A stretch of DNA of 18,232 bases from a virus (taxonomy: Duplodnaviria; Heunggongvirae; Uroviricota; Caudoviricetes): IMG/VR virus record IMGVR_UViG_2698536647_000012; one strand, given 5' to 3'. A program made the translations under genes and the position numbers. The notes beneath the pieces are model-generated. The model saw only the letters and a program-made list of their open reading frames with translations, was not told the origin of the DNA and did not search any database. This document shows positions 1 through 7,810 of the stretch, in pieces (the stretch's first letter is position 1; every line of letters begins with the position of its first letter).

Positions 1-1284
1 TTACTTCTTCGCCTCTGCAACCACTTTACTACCCACGCCGCGGTTATTGTATTCCCACATGCGGTTGTAGTTAGTGTCATTCAGATTGCGCTGTATTTCG
101 TCGTTATCATCTACGCTGCCGGTATTACCCGCAAACGGACGATTAGAGATCACCGCATCGGCCCACGGTTTAGCCGTGTTAAAACCTTCGTTGATGGCGC
201 TATCACGGATCACCACCTGACCGTTGGTATTGGCATCAACATCCAGCGAGCGGCCCAGTTGCGCCACACCATCACCGAAAGCATTGAAACGGCTGTTTAC
301 GGCGAGGAAACCGTAGTAAATGTTGGACAGCGTAGCCGGTGCAAACACATACGCTTCTTGCTGAGTACGTGAGTTCACCACGCGGAATTCGGTGTTATCG
401 AACACCACTGCGCCGCGACCAGAAACGATATCCACATCCCCTTCAATGTAGCTGTTGGTCACCAGCGTACGCGGCTGACGATTCGTTTCCAGACGGTTCT
501 GCACACCGCTGTTGGTGACAAAGAAGGTGTTCTGACGACCGAGAATGTTAACGTTGTTAATCTGTACCTGGTCACCATCAGTACGCAGTGCCACCGCCGG
601 ATGGTTACCTGCATCTACGCTATCGCCCAGCGTGTTTTCGATGGTCAGATTTTGCAGTTGCAGGCCATTGTTTTGTGACCAGAAGACCGCAGAGCAGAGA
701 ACACCGATACTGTCGCTGCGTTTGCTCTGGCAGCTATCGTACATATACCACGCTGGTTTACCTGGCATATATTTGCCGCGCGGGTTGACGTCGTGACGCC
801 AGTCGGCAGGGCTCATGCCACCATCAAGGGAAAGCCCAATCTTCACATCAATCGGTTTTTCACCTGTACCGTACAGAGTAATTCCACCCGGAGCGGCAGG
901 GACATATACCGTTCCCTGATACTCACCAGGCATCACGGCAATATACTGGCGCTTGTTGGTACGCTTGATAATTGCCGCATCTACCGCCGCCTGAATCGTG
1001 GTATGCGTTACACCTTGAGTGCCCGCCGGGCCGACAACAAAGTCAGGTTGCGCAGGCAGGGTAATCGGGGAAGGATTCCACGCTGCAGCACCTGGTGTCA
1101 GGGATGCAAAATAGTGTTGAGCATCGAAATTCTGCGCTTCTTTTGCCGACAGAATCGGGCGAGAAGAGGTACCAGGCGCGGTTTGATCAGAAGGACGTTG
1201 ATCGGGCGGGGTTGAGCTACAGGCGGTCAGCGTCACGCCAAAAGCCAATGCCAGCGCCAGACGGGAAACTGAAAATGTGTTCAC
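1..1284 (-). CDS. ybhC: YbhC, pectinesterase-like / acyl-CoA thioesterase outer-membrane lipoprotein (host gene flanking attB-lambda)
   Basis: 427-aa ORF filling the window start. N-terminal lipoprotein signal with lipobox (LTAC). Sequence recognised as E. coli YbhC, whose 5' side abuts the lambda attachment site. Start Met at 1284; stop codon at 1-3. Confidence 0.88.
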   Translation of the reverse strand: MNTFSVSRLALALAFGVTLTACSSTPPDQRPSDQTAPGTSSRPILSAKEAQNFDAQHYFASLTPGAAAWNPSPITLPAQPDFVVGPAGTQGVTHTTIQAAVDAAIIKRTNKRQYIAVMPGEYQGTVYVPAAPGGITLYGTGEKPIDVKIGLSLDGGMSPADWRHDVNPRGKYMPGKPAWYMYDSCQSKRSDSIGVLCSAVFWSQNNGLQLQNLTIENTLGDSVDAGNHPAVALRTDGDQVQINNVNILGRQNTFFVTNSGVQNRLETNRQPRTLVTNSYIEGDVDIVSGRGAVVFDNTEFRVVNSRTQQEAYVFAPATLSNIYYGFLAVNSRFNAFGDGVAQLGRSLDVDANTNGQVVIRDSAINEGFNTAKPWADAVISNRPFAGNTGSVDDNDEIQRNLNDTNYNRMWEYNNRGVGSKVVAEAKK

Positions 1285-1330
1285 AGGTTGCTCCGGGCTA
1301 TGAAATAGAAAAATGAATCCGTTGAAGCCT

Positions 1331-1345
1331 GCTTTTTTATACTAA
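1331..1345. other. attL core (lambda O overlap sequence GCTTTTTTATACTAA); phage P' arm with Int/IHF sites extends right to about 1420
   Basis: Exact 15-bp lambda att core read in sequence. It is preceded by a bacterial-type B arm (..gaagcct) and followed by a lambda P'-arm sequence (gttggcattataaaaaagcattgcttatcaatttgttgcaacgaacagg...) leading into int. Confidence 0.85.
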
Positions 1346-1418
1346 GTTGGCATTATAAAAAAGCATTGCTTATCAATTTGTTGCAACGAACAGGTCACTA
1401 TCAGTCAAAATAAAATCA

Positions 1419-2489
1419 TTATTTGATTTCAATTTTGTCCCACTCCCTGCCTCTGTCATCACGATACTGTGATGCCATGGTGTCCGACTTATGCCCGAGA
1501 AGATGTTGAGCAAACTTATCGCTTATCTGCTTCTCATAGAGTCTTGCAGACAAACTGCGCAACTCGTGAAAGGTAGGCGGATCCCCTTCGAAGGAAAGAC
1601 CTGATGCTTTTCGTGCGCGCATAAAATACCTTGATACTGTGCCGGATGAAAGCGGTTCACGACGAGTAGATGCAATTATGGTTTCTCCGCCAAGAATCTC
1701 TTTGCATTTATCAAGTGTTTCCTTCATTGATATCCCGAGAGCATCAACATGCAATGTTGTTGGGATGGCAATTTTTACGCCTGTTTTGCTTTGCTCGACA
1801 TAAAGATATCCATCTACGATATCAGACCACTTCATTTCGCATAAATCACCAACTCGTTGCCCGGTAACAACAGCCAGTTCCATTGCAAGTCTGAGCCAAC
1901 ATGGTGATGATTCTGCTGCTTGATAAATTTTCAGGTATTCGTCAGCCGTAAGTCTTGATCTCCTTACCTCTGATTTTGCTGCGCGAGTGGCAGCGACAGG
2001 GTTTGTTGTTATATGGCCTTCAGCTATTGCCTCTCGGAATGCATCGCTCAGTGTTGATCTGATTAACTTGGCTGACGCCGCCTTGCCCTCGTCTATGTAT
2101 CCATTGAGCATTGCCGCAATTTCTTTTGTGGTGATGTCTTCAAGTGGAGCATCAGGCAGACCCCTCCTTATTGCTTTAATTTTGCTCATGTAATTTATGA
2201 GTGTCTTCTGCTTGATTCCTCTGCTGGCCAGGATTTTTTCGTAGCGATCAAGCCATGAATGTAACGTAACGGAATTATCACTGTTGATTCTCGCTGTCAG
2301 AGGCTTGTGTTTGTGTCCTGAAAATAACTCAATGTTGGCCTGTATGGCTTCAGTGATTGCGATTCGCCTGTCTCTGCCTAATCCAAACTCTTTACCCGTC
2401 CTTGGGTCCCTGTAGCAGTAATATCCATTGTTTCTTATATAAAGGTTAGGGGGTAAATCCCGGCGCTCATGACTTCGCCTTCTTCCCAT
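1419..2489 (-). CDS. int: Lambda-type integrase (tyrosine recombinase)
   Basis: 356-aa ORF; translation recognised as phage lambda Int essentially along its full length, adjacent to the att core and overlapped by xis. Confidence 0.95.
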   Translation of the reverse strand: MGRRRSHERRDLPPNLYIRNNGYYCYRDPRTGKEFGLGRDRRIAITEAIQANIELFSGHKHKPLTARINSDNSVTLHSWLDRYEKILASRGIKQKTLINYMSKIKAIRRGLPDAPLEDITTKEIAAMLNGYIDEGKAASAKLIRSTLSDAFREAIAEGHITTNPVAATRAAKSEVRRSRLTADEYLKIYQAAESSPCWLRLAMELAVVTGQRVGDLCEMKWSDIVDGYLYVEQSKTGVKIAIPTTLHVDALGISMKETLDKCKEILGGETIIASTRREPLSSGTVSRYFMRARKASGLSFEGDPPTFHELRSLSARLYEKQISDKFAQHLLGHKSDTMASQYRDDRGREWDKIEIK

Positions 2490-2685
2490 TTCTGATCCTC
2501 TTCAAAAGGCTACCTGTTACTGGTCGATTTAAGTCAACCTTTACCGCTGATTCGTGGAACAGATACTCTCTTCCATCCTTAACCGGAGGAGGGAATATCC
2601 TGCACTCGCGTACCCATCGACGAACTGTTTCAAGGCTTCTTGGGCGTCGCTGGCGTGCGTTCCACTCCTGAAGTGTCAAGTACAT
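2467..2685 (-). CDS. xis: Lambda-type excisionase
   Basis: 72-aa ORF (MYLTLQEWNARQRRPRSLETVRRWVRE...) recognised as lambda Xis; overlaps the int start as in lambda. Confidence 0.93.
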   Translation of the reverse strand: MYLTLQEWNARQRRPRSLETVRRWVRECRIFPPPVKDGREYLFHESAVKVDLNRPVTGSLLKRIRNGKKAKS

Positions 2686-2724
2686 CGCAAAGTCTCCGCA
2701 ATTACACGCAAGAAAAAACCGCCA

Positions 2725-2892
2725 TCAGGCGGCTTGGTGTTCTTTCAGTTCTTCAATTCGAATATTGGTTACGTCTGCATGTGCTATCTGCGCCCACAGC
2801 ATCCAGTGGTCATAGCAGTCGCTGATGTTCTCGGCTTCGATAACTCTGTTGAATGGTTCTCCATTCCATTCACCTGTGACTCGGAAGTGCAT
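2725..2892 (-). CDS. Small hypothetical protein, 55 aa, in the xis-proximal position
   Basis: Translated by hand (MHFRVTGEWNGEPFNRVIEAENISDCYDHWMLWAQIAHADVTNIRIEELKEHQAA). ATG start preceded by a GGAGA Shine-Dalgarno about 8 nt upstream. Too short for the 60-aa ORF track. Position matches the small ORF next to xis in lambda-like phages. Confidence 0.6.
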   Translation of the reverse strand: MHFRVTGEWNGEPFNRVIEAENISDCYDHWMLWAQIAHADVTNIRIEELKEHQAA

Positions 2893-2942
2893 TTATCATC
2901 TCCATAAAACAAAACCCGCCGTAGCGAGTTCAGATAAAAGAA

Positions 2943-2962
2943 ATCCTCGTCAGTGCGAGGAT
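2943..2962 (-). terminator. Possible intrinsic terminator for leftward transcripts (hairpin ATCCTCG-n6-CGAGGAT followed by a T-rich tract on the minus strand)
   Basis: 7-bp perfect stem with 6-nt loop; on the minus strand it is followed by TTCTTTTATCT. Confidence 0.3.
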
Positions 2963-3206
2963 GCTGTTCATTGCTGCTATACACTTTTTTGCTCTCAACG
3001 TAAGCGGTAGCCCATTCTGTTGGGTTGGTGCAGTTGCTTTTAGGAAATGCTATTTACCCCTTAAATGTCGGCTGAAAGAGCTAAAATCCATGCAAAAAAT
3101 TTACGCAATTTTGTGTATTATTGTGCAGTAAGTAATGAGCTATTTTCTGCGCAAAAAATGGATGGTAAATTTGTCCGGGTCAGGAAAAATTTTATGGGCG
3201 CTAAAC

Positions 3207-3737
3207 ATGAAAAAAGATTCGTATCCTTATTTGATTTGCATGACAGTTTCAGGGCTGATCTTTATTTTCCTTTTCTTCTGGTGGCGGGCAGATATCTACA
3301 GGGTCACGTTTCTTAATCAGAGTATATCCCACTATTACATTCTGTTTAGCATGGGAATAGCTTTTCTGTTATCTCTGTTTTGGGTTAAGAAGGGGATAGT
3401 AAAACAAAGAGGCTGGAAGAGTCTGTCAGCATACCTTAAGGTTTATGCAGGGATGTGCATATTTGCTGGATTTTTTCTGATTATACCCCTTACGACACTA
3501 ACTTATTTTTTGCCTGGAGAGACATCGTCTTATGTTGCACCGTATCGGTATACTTCCGGTAGTTCAAAAAGTTGTTCTGGAGCTGAGGTGGATGACCCCG
3601 ATCTACATGAGAATATTCGCATTTGCTATCCGTATGGCAATTATGAGTACGATAATATTATCTATGTTGAAAAGAAAATTAATATATTAGGTGCGGTAGT
3701 GACATATGCACAGACCGCGCGTGATGATACTGAATGA
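3207..3737 (+). CDS. Hypothetical integral membrane protein (about 4 predicted TM helices plus a C-terminal soluble Cys/Tyr-rich domain); accessory cargo gene
   Basis: Longest ORF in a visibly AT-rich block, on the strand opposite the pL operon. Strongly hydrophobic segments (LICMTVSGLIFIFLFFWW, ILFSMGIAFLLSLFWV, YAGMCIFAGFFLIIPLTTL). ATG at 3207 is in frame with the track ORF 3135..3737. No family recognised. Confidence 0.6.
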   Translation: MKKDSYPYLICMTVSGLIFIFLFFWWRADIYRVTFLNQSISHYYILFSMGIAFLLSLFWVKKGIVKQRGWKSLSAYLKVYAGMCIFAGFFLIIPLTTLTYFLPGETSSYVAPYRYTSGSSKSCSGAEVDDPDLHENIRICYPYGNYEYDNIIYVEKKINILGAVVTYAQTARDDTE

Positions 3738-3771
3738 TATAGTATATAGCGGGCAAGTTTTAGTTAATTTA

Positions 3772-3795
3772 TCGAGGTAATATAATTTACCTCGA
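3772..3795. terminator. Hairpin (TCGAGGTAA-tataat-TTACCTCGA) between convergent genes; possible bidirectional terminator
   Basis: 9-bp perfect inverted repeat with 6-nt loop, 35 bp downstream of the membrane-protein stop, followed by a moderately T-rich stretch. Confidence 0.4.
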
Positions 3796-3947
3796 CTCGT
3801 TTGTTCTGGTATTAATATTTCGCTTTACGACCGATTTTTATCTGATGATATCATGCGGTTTTCATATACTGACTTACTGTCTTTTCTCCGTTAGCGATTT
3901 TCTCCTGCTCAGCGATGATTTTATCTTTGGCTTCTAGTTAATTTCGC

Positions 3948-4169
3948 TCACTTCGAACCTCTCTGTTTACTGATAAGCTCCAGATCCTCCTGGCAACTTG
4001 CACAAGTCCGACAACCCTGAACGACCAGGCGTCTTCGTTCATCTATCGGATCGCCACACTCACAACAATGAGTGGCAGATATAGCCTGGTGGTTCAGGCG
4101 GCGCATTTTTATTGCTGTGTTGCGCTGTAATTCTTCAATTTCTGATGCTGAATCAATGATGTCTGCCAT
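3948..4169 (-). CDS. TraR/DksA-family C4 zinc-finger protein
   Basis: 73-aa ORF with CxxC...CxxC zinc-finger motif (CCECGDPIDERRRLVVQGCRTCASC), typical of the small TraR-like proteins common in lambdoid early-left operons. Confidence 0.75.
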   Translation of the reverse strand: MADIIDSASEIEELQRNTAIKMRRLNHQAISATHCCECGDPIDERRRLVVQGCRTCASCQEDLELISKQRGSK

Positions 4170-4222
4170 CTTCCATTAATCCCTGAATTGTTGGTTAATA
4201 CGCTTGAGGGTGAATGCGAATA

Positions 4223-4245
4223 ATAAAAAAGGAGCCTGTAGCTCC
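4223..4245 (-). terminator. Weak candidate intrinsic terminator (GGAGC-ctgta-GCTCC plus T6 on the minus strand)
   Basis: 5-bp stem followed on the minus strand by TTTTTT; lies between the 4268..4579 ORF and the TraR-like gene. Confidence 0.25.
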
Positions 4246-4267
4246 CTGATGATTTTGCTTTTCATGT

Positions 4268-4579
4268 TCATCGTTCCTTAAAGACGCCGTTTAACATGCC
4301 GATTGCCAGGCTTAAATGAGTCGGTGTGAATCCCATCAGCGTTACCGTTTCGCGGTGCTTCTTCAGTACGCTACGGCAAATGTCATCGACGTTTTTATCC
4401 GGAAACTGCTGTCTGGCTTTTTTGATTTCAGAATTAGCCTGATGGGCAATGCTGCGAAGGGCGTTTTCCTGCTGAGGTGTCATTGAACAAGTCCCATGTC
4501 GGCAAGCATAAGCACACAGAATATGAAGCCCGCTGCCAGAAAAATGCATTCCGTGGTTGTCATACCTGGTCTCTCTCAT
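4268..4579 (-). CDS. Hypothetical early-left operon protein (start uncertain; an internal ATG at 4483 would give a 71-aa product)
   Basis: ORF in series with the exo/bet operon on the same strand. No family recognised. The first 32 codons overlap the upstream ORF and lack a clear RBS. Confidence 0.45.
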   Translation of the reverse strand: MRETRYDNHGMHFSGSGLHILCAYACRHGTCSMTPQQENALRSIAHQANSEIKKARQQFPDKNVDDICRSVLKKHRETVTLMGFTPTHLSLAIGMLNGVFKER

Positions 4580-4751
4580 CTGCTTCTGCTTTCGCCACCA
4601 TCATTTCCAGCTTTTGTGAAAGGGATGCGGCTAACGTATGAAATTCTTCGTCTGTTTCTACTGGTATTGGCACAAACCTGACTCCAATTTGAGCGAGGCT
4701 ATGTGCCATCTCGATACTCGTTCTTAACTCAACGGGAGATGCTTTGTGCAT
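4560..4751 (-). CDS. Small lambda-like early protein (orf63-like)
   Basis: 63-aa ORF in the position of lambda orf63, between orf60a and orf61; sequence recalled as lambda-like but not verified. Confidence 0.55.
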   Translation of the reverse strand: MHKASPVELRTSIEMAHSLAQIGVRFVPIPVETDEEFHTLAASLSQKLEMMVAKAEADERDQV

Positions 4752-4912
4752 ACAGCTCCCCGTTTATTATTTATCTCCTCAGCCAGCCGCTGTGCTTTCA
4801 GGGGATTTCGGATAACAGAAAGGCCGGTAAATACCCAGCCTCGCTTTGTAACGGAGTAGACGAAAGTGATCGTGCCTACGCGGATATTATCGTGAGGATG
4901 TTTCATCGCCAT
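4724..4912 (-). CDS. Small lambda-like early protein (orf60a-like, DUF1317)
   Basis: 62-aa ORF ([13 protein letters not shown]...) immediately downstream of exo, overlapping its stop, as in lambda. Confidence 0.6.
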   Translation of the reverse strand: MAMKHPHDNIRVGTITFVYSVTKRGWVFTGLSVIRNPLKAQRLAEEINNKRGAVCTKHLPLS

Positions 4913-5583
4913 TGCTCCCCAAATACAAAACCAATTTCAGCCAGTGCCTCGTCCATTTTTTCGATGAACTCCGGCACCATCTCGTCAAAACTCGCTATAT
5001 ACTTTTCATTCCGCTCAATCACGACATAATGCAGGCCTTCACGCTTCATACGCGGGTCATAGTTGGCAAAGTACCAGGCATCTTTTCGCGTCACCCACAT
5101 GCTGTACTGCACCTGGGCCATGTAAGCCGACTTTATGGCCTCGAAACCACCGAGCCGGAATTTCATGAAATCCCGGGAGGTAAACGGGCATTTCAGCTCA
5201 AGGCCATTGCCGTCACTGCATAAACCATCGGGAGAGCAGGCGGTGCGCATACTTTCGTCGCGATAGATGATCGGGGATTCAATAACATTTACGCCGGAAG
5301 TGAACTCAAACAGGGTTCTGGCGTCGTTCTCGTACTGTTTTCCCCAGGCCAGCGCTTTAGCGTTAACTTCCGGAGCCACACCGGTGCAAACCTCAGCTAG
5401 CAGGGTGTGGAAGTAGGACATTTTCATGTCTGGCCACTTCTTTCCTGATCGGGGCTTTGCTATCACGTTGTGAACTTCTGAAGCGGTGATGACGCCGAGC
5501 CGTAATTTGTGCCATGCATCATCCCCCTGTTCGACAGCTCTCACGTCGATCCCGGTACGCTGCAGGATAATGTCCGGTGTCAT
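4903..5583 (-). CDS. exo: Lambda exonuclease (Red-alpha)
   Basis: 226-aa ORF recognised as lambda Exo along its length; overlaps the bet stop as in lambda. Confidence 0.95.
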   Translation of the reverse strand: MTPDIILQRTGIDVRAVEQGDDAWHKLRLGVITASEVHNVIAKPRSGKKWPDMKMSYFHTLLAEVCTGVAPEVNAKALAWGKQYENDARTLFEFTSGVNVIESPIIYRDESMRTACSPDGLCSDGNGLELKCPFTSRDFMKFRLGGFEAIKSAYMAQVQYSMWVTRKDAWYFANYDPRMKREGLHYVVIERNEKYIASFDEMVPEFIEKMDEALAEIGFVFGEQWR

Positions 5584-6365
5584 GCTGCCACCTTCTGCTC
5601 AGTGGCTTTCTGTTTCAGGAATCCAATAGCTTTCACTGCTTCGGCCTGTGTCAGTTCTGACGATGCGCGAATGTCGCGGCGAAATATCTGGGAACAGAGC
5701 GGCAATAAGTCGTCATCCCATGTTTTATCCAGGGCGATCAGCAGAGTGTTAATCTCCTGCATGGTTTCATCGTTAACCGGAGTGATGTCGCGTTCCGGCT
5801 GACGTTCTGCAGTGTATGCGGTATTTTCGACAATGCGCTCGGCTTCATCCTTGTCATAGATACCAGCAAATCCGAAGGCCAGACGGGCACACTGAATCAT
5901 GGCTTTATGCCGTAACATCCGTTTGGGATGCGACTGCCACGGTCCGGTGATTTCTCTGCCTTCGCGGGTTTTGAATGGTTCGCGGCGGCATTCATCCATC
6001 CACTCGGTAACGCAGATCGGATGATTGCGGTCTTTGCGGTAAATCCGGCATGTGCAGGATTCGTTGTCCTGTTCAAAGTCCATGCCGTCAAACTGCTGGT
6101 TTTCGTTGATGATGCGGGACCAGCCATCAACGCCCACCACCGGAACGATGCCGTTCTGCTTATCAGGGAAGGCGTAAATTTCTTTCGTCCACGGATTAAG
6201 ACCGTACTGGTTGGCGACGATCAGCAATGCGATGAACTGCGCATCGCTGGCATCACCTTTAAATGCCGTCTGGCGAAGAGTGGTGATCAGTTCCTGTGGG
6301 TCGACAGAATCCATGCCGACTCGTTCAGCCAGCTTCCCTGCCAGCGTTGCGAGTGCTGTACTCAT
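5580..6365 (-). CDS. bet: Lambda Beta single-strand annealing protein (Red-beta)
   Basis: 261-aa ORF recognised as lambda Bet. Confidence 0.95.
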   Translation of the reverse strand: MSTALATLAGKLAERVGMDSVDPQELITTLRQTAFKGDASDAQFIALLIVANQYGLNPWTKEIYAFPDKQNGIVPVVGVDGWSRIINENQQFDGMDFEQDNESCTCRIYRKDRNHPICVTEWMDECRREPFKTREGREITGPWQSHPKRMLRHKAMIQCARLAFGFAGIYDKDEAERIVENTAYTAERQPERDITPVNDETMQEINTLLIALDKTWDDDLLPLCSQIFRRDIRASSELTQAEAVKAIGFLKQKATEQKVAA

Positions 6366-6370
6366 CCGTT

Positions 6371-6667
6371 TTATACCTCTGAATCAATATCAACCTGATG
6401 GTGAGCAATGGTTTCAACCATGTACCGGATGTGTTCTGCCATGCGCTCCTGAAACTCAACATCGTCATCAAACGCACGGGTAATGGCTTTTTTGCTGGCC
6501 CCGTGGCGTTGCAAATGATCGATGCATAGCGATTCAAACAGGTGCTGGGGCAGTCCTTTTTCCATGTCGTCTGCCAGTTCTGCCTCTTTCTCTTCACGGG
6601 CGATCTGCTGGTAGTGACGCGCCCAGCTCTGAGCCTCAAGACGATCCTGAATGTAATAAGCGTTCAT
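6371..6667 (-). CDS. gam: Gam (RecBCD inhibitor), 98-aa form
   Basis: Translation matches the lambda Gam short form ([21 protein letters not shown]...). Reading upstream in frame by hand gives a stop with no intervening Met, so only the short form is encoded. Confidence 0.9.
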   Translation of the reverse strand: MNAYYIQDRLEAQSWARHYQQIAREEKEAELADDMEKGLPQHLFESLCIDHLQRHGASKKAITRAFDDDVEFQERMAEHIRYMVETIAHHQVDIDSEV

Positions 6668-6742
6668 GGCTGAACTCCTGAAAATGGCTGTGAAAATATC
6701 GCCCGCGAAATGCCAGGCTGATTAGGAAAACAGGAAAGGGGA

Positions 6743-7033
6743 TTAGTGATTGAGGCCGTTACCGCGTCCGTCGAGAAAAACTTCCACGAGCAAATCACGG
6801 GTATAAGTGCGCTCGATGCCGCGATGCAGATAAAGCCGTCCGCGTAAATTAGCTGATGCAGTCCAGGTACCATCTTTGTGTTTGACCAGCATGCCTGGCA
6901 TGACCGCACCGCGATTAACGGTCTGCGTTCCGTAATGTTGATGAACCATAAAAACTCCTGCCCGTAAGCTGGGCTGCTGAACATATAGAGACTTCTGCGC
7001 GTATTCAGGCGGTGGATGGCCGCCGGTTGTCAT
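6743..7033 (-). CDS. Hypothetical protein, first gene downstream of pL (ATG-start version of track ORF 6743..7153)
   Basis: The track ORF starts with TTG at 7153. The first ATG (7033) has a GAGG-type SD upstream and gives a 96-aa product ([13 protein letters not shown]...). No family recognised. It occupies the N/kil/cIII position. Confidence 0.4.
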   Translation of the reverse strand: MTTGGHPPPEYAQKSLYVQQPSLRAGVFMVHQHYGTQTVNRGAVMPGMLVKHKDGTWTASANLRGRLYLHRGIERTYTRDLLVEVFLDGRGNGLNH

Positions 7034-7170
7034 AACTAAGCCGCCTCGTTGAAGCGACTGAGGTATAAAGTGTTGTGTTGATTTCAGCTGGTCACACCGA
7101 CGTTCACGCGTCCGTTTCACCCCTCGCACTCCCCGAAGCCTGCTGAAATTCAAACTGCGGATCTAAGCGG

Positions 7171-7222
7171 TCATCGCAACGGTGAAACAGGTGGTTACCG
7201 TATCGTTGTGTCGTTGCGATGA
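7171..7222 (-). promoter_or_regulatory. Compound inverted repeat at the 5' end of the predicted pL transcript (outer stem TCATCGCAACG/CGTTGCGATGA, nested ACGGT/ACCGT)
   Basis: 11-bp outer inverted repeat with a nested 5-bp repeat and reiterated CAACG/CGTTG and CATCGCA motifs, just downstream of the predicted pL start. Confidence 0.4.
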
Positions 7223-7226
7223 ATTT

Positions 7227-7255
7227 ATTTAAAACTATAGTTGTTTTATCGTCAA
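7227..7255 (-). promoter_or_regulatory. pL candidate (minus strand: -35 TTGACG, 17-bp spacer, -10 TTAAAT)
   Basis: Minus-strand sequence gttgttgacgataaaacaactatagttttaaat is nearly identical in architecture to the pR candidate on the other side of the repressor gene. Confidence 0.55.
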
Positions 7256-7290
7256 CAACAAAAGTTGTTTTATCGGTTGTTTTAAATATA
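7236..7290. promoter_or_regulatory. OL operator cluster (reiterated GTTGTT/AACAAC half-sites, e.g. GTTGTTTTATCGTCAACAACAAAAGTTGTTTTATCGGTTGTTTT)
   Basis: Several direct and inverted copies of the hexamer GTTGTT overlapping the pL candidate; the same half-site forms the palindrome at OR. Confidence 0.55.
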
Positions 7291-7394
7291 ACTGGTTGTA
7301 TTTAGGATGGATTTATTTTGTGACTTGCATCGCATAGCGATAACTGAAGTGAGGTGTGGTGGTTTTTTGGACGGTATGAGTTATGAGGGGGAGG

Positions 7395-7421
7395 AAAAGA
7401 AAACCCGGCGCGGTTGCCGGG
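7395..7421 (-). terminator. Intrinsic terminator of the repressor-lipoprotein transcript (CCCGGC-gcggtt-GCCGGG then T-rich on the minus strand)
   Basis: 6-bp GC stem 9 bp downstream of the lipoprotein stop, followed on the minus strand by TTTTCTTTTCC. Confidence 0.6.
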
Positions 7422-7429
7422 TATGATTA

Positions 7430-7810
7430 TCAGTCAGCCCAACCTGATTTCGAGTTTATTTGGGTTTCTGACATTGTGTATTTCTTAATCGTGTCATCGT
7501 TAAAAAGAATAGTAAGTTCTTTTTTCGTACCGTTCGTTCCATTATGGAATAATCCATAGAATGGAATAAAAGTGGTGCCATTAACTTTTACTTTTGCAAA
7601 GGCGTACTTCCAGATCTCGTTTCCACTGTCAGTATATGAAACAGCATCAGGAGAACCAAAGTAAGATTTAACCTCATTCTTGGTTGTTTTACCTTCCTGA
7701 AGTTTAGACTGGACACTAATTTCAGTTTCATTTTTGAGTTGCTGGTTGCCTGAAGAAGCACACCCAGCCAATACAGATGCCATCATGGCAGCGATTAGGA
7801 TTTTTCTCAT
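7430..7810 (-). CDS. Lipoprotein (signal peptide plus lipobox LAGC), accessory gene in the rex position downstream of the repressor gene
   Basis: 126-aa ORF, N-terminus MRKILIAAMMASVLAGCASS. Same strand as and downstream of the repressor gene, so it would be expressed in the lysogen. Mature part loosely resembles small BamE/SmpA-like lipoproteins; not verified. Confidence 0.7.
   Translation of the reverse strand: MRKILIAAMMASVLAGCASSGNQQLKNETEISVQSKLQEGKTTKNEVKSYFGSPDAVSYTDSGNEIWKYAFAKVKVNGTTFIPFYGLFHNGTNGTKKELTILFNDDTIKKYTMSETQINSKSGWAD

Noticed and set aside
545-1316. Four plus-strand ORFs (61-140 aa) inside ybhC
   Set aside because: Antisense to a well-supported conserved gene, no RBS, Arg/Cys-rich low-complexity translations typical of reverse-frame artefacts.
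1670-2193. Plus-strand ORFs of 65 and 68 aa inside int
   Set aside because: Antisense to lambda int; no start context; spurious.
2554-3010. Plus-strand ORFs of 117, 61 and 61 aa and a minus-strand 66-aa ORF around xis and the small xis-proximal gene
   Set aside because: They overlap xis and the SD-supported 55-aa gene on the other strand or in other frames; no RBS; compositionally implausible.
5897-6483. Plus-strand ORFs (156 and 90 aa) and a minus-strand 77-aa ORF within bet/gam
   Set aside because: Out-of-frame or antisense overlaps with the lambda bet and gam genes.
6668-6790. Long (138-aa) Gam isoform
   Set aside because: The in-frame upstream sequence hits a stop codon before any ATG, so only the 98-aa form is encoded.
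6325-6984. Minus-strand ORFs of 104 and 106 aa overlapping gam and the post-pL ORF in other frames
   Set aside because: Alternative frames of better-supported genes; translations are low-complexity and lack start signals.
6743-7153. Full-length 136-aa version of the post-pL ORF with an Arg-rich N-terminus as an N antiterminator
   Set aside because: It initiates at TTG with no convincing SD, and beyond the Arg-rich stretch I recognise no N-like features. Kept only as a hypothesis in the findings; the ATG-start version is annotated instead.
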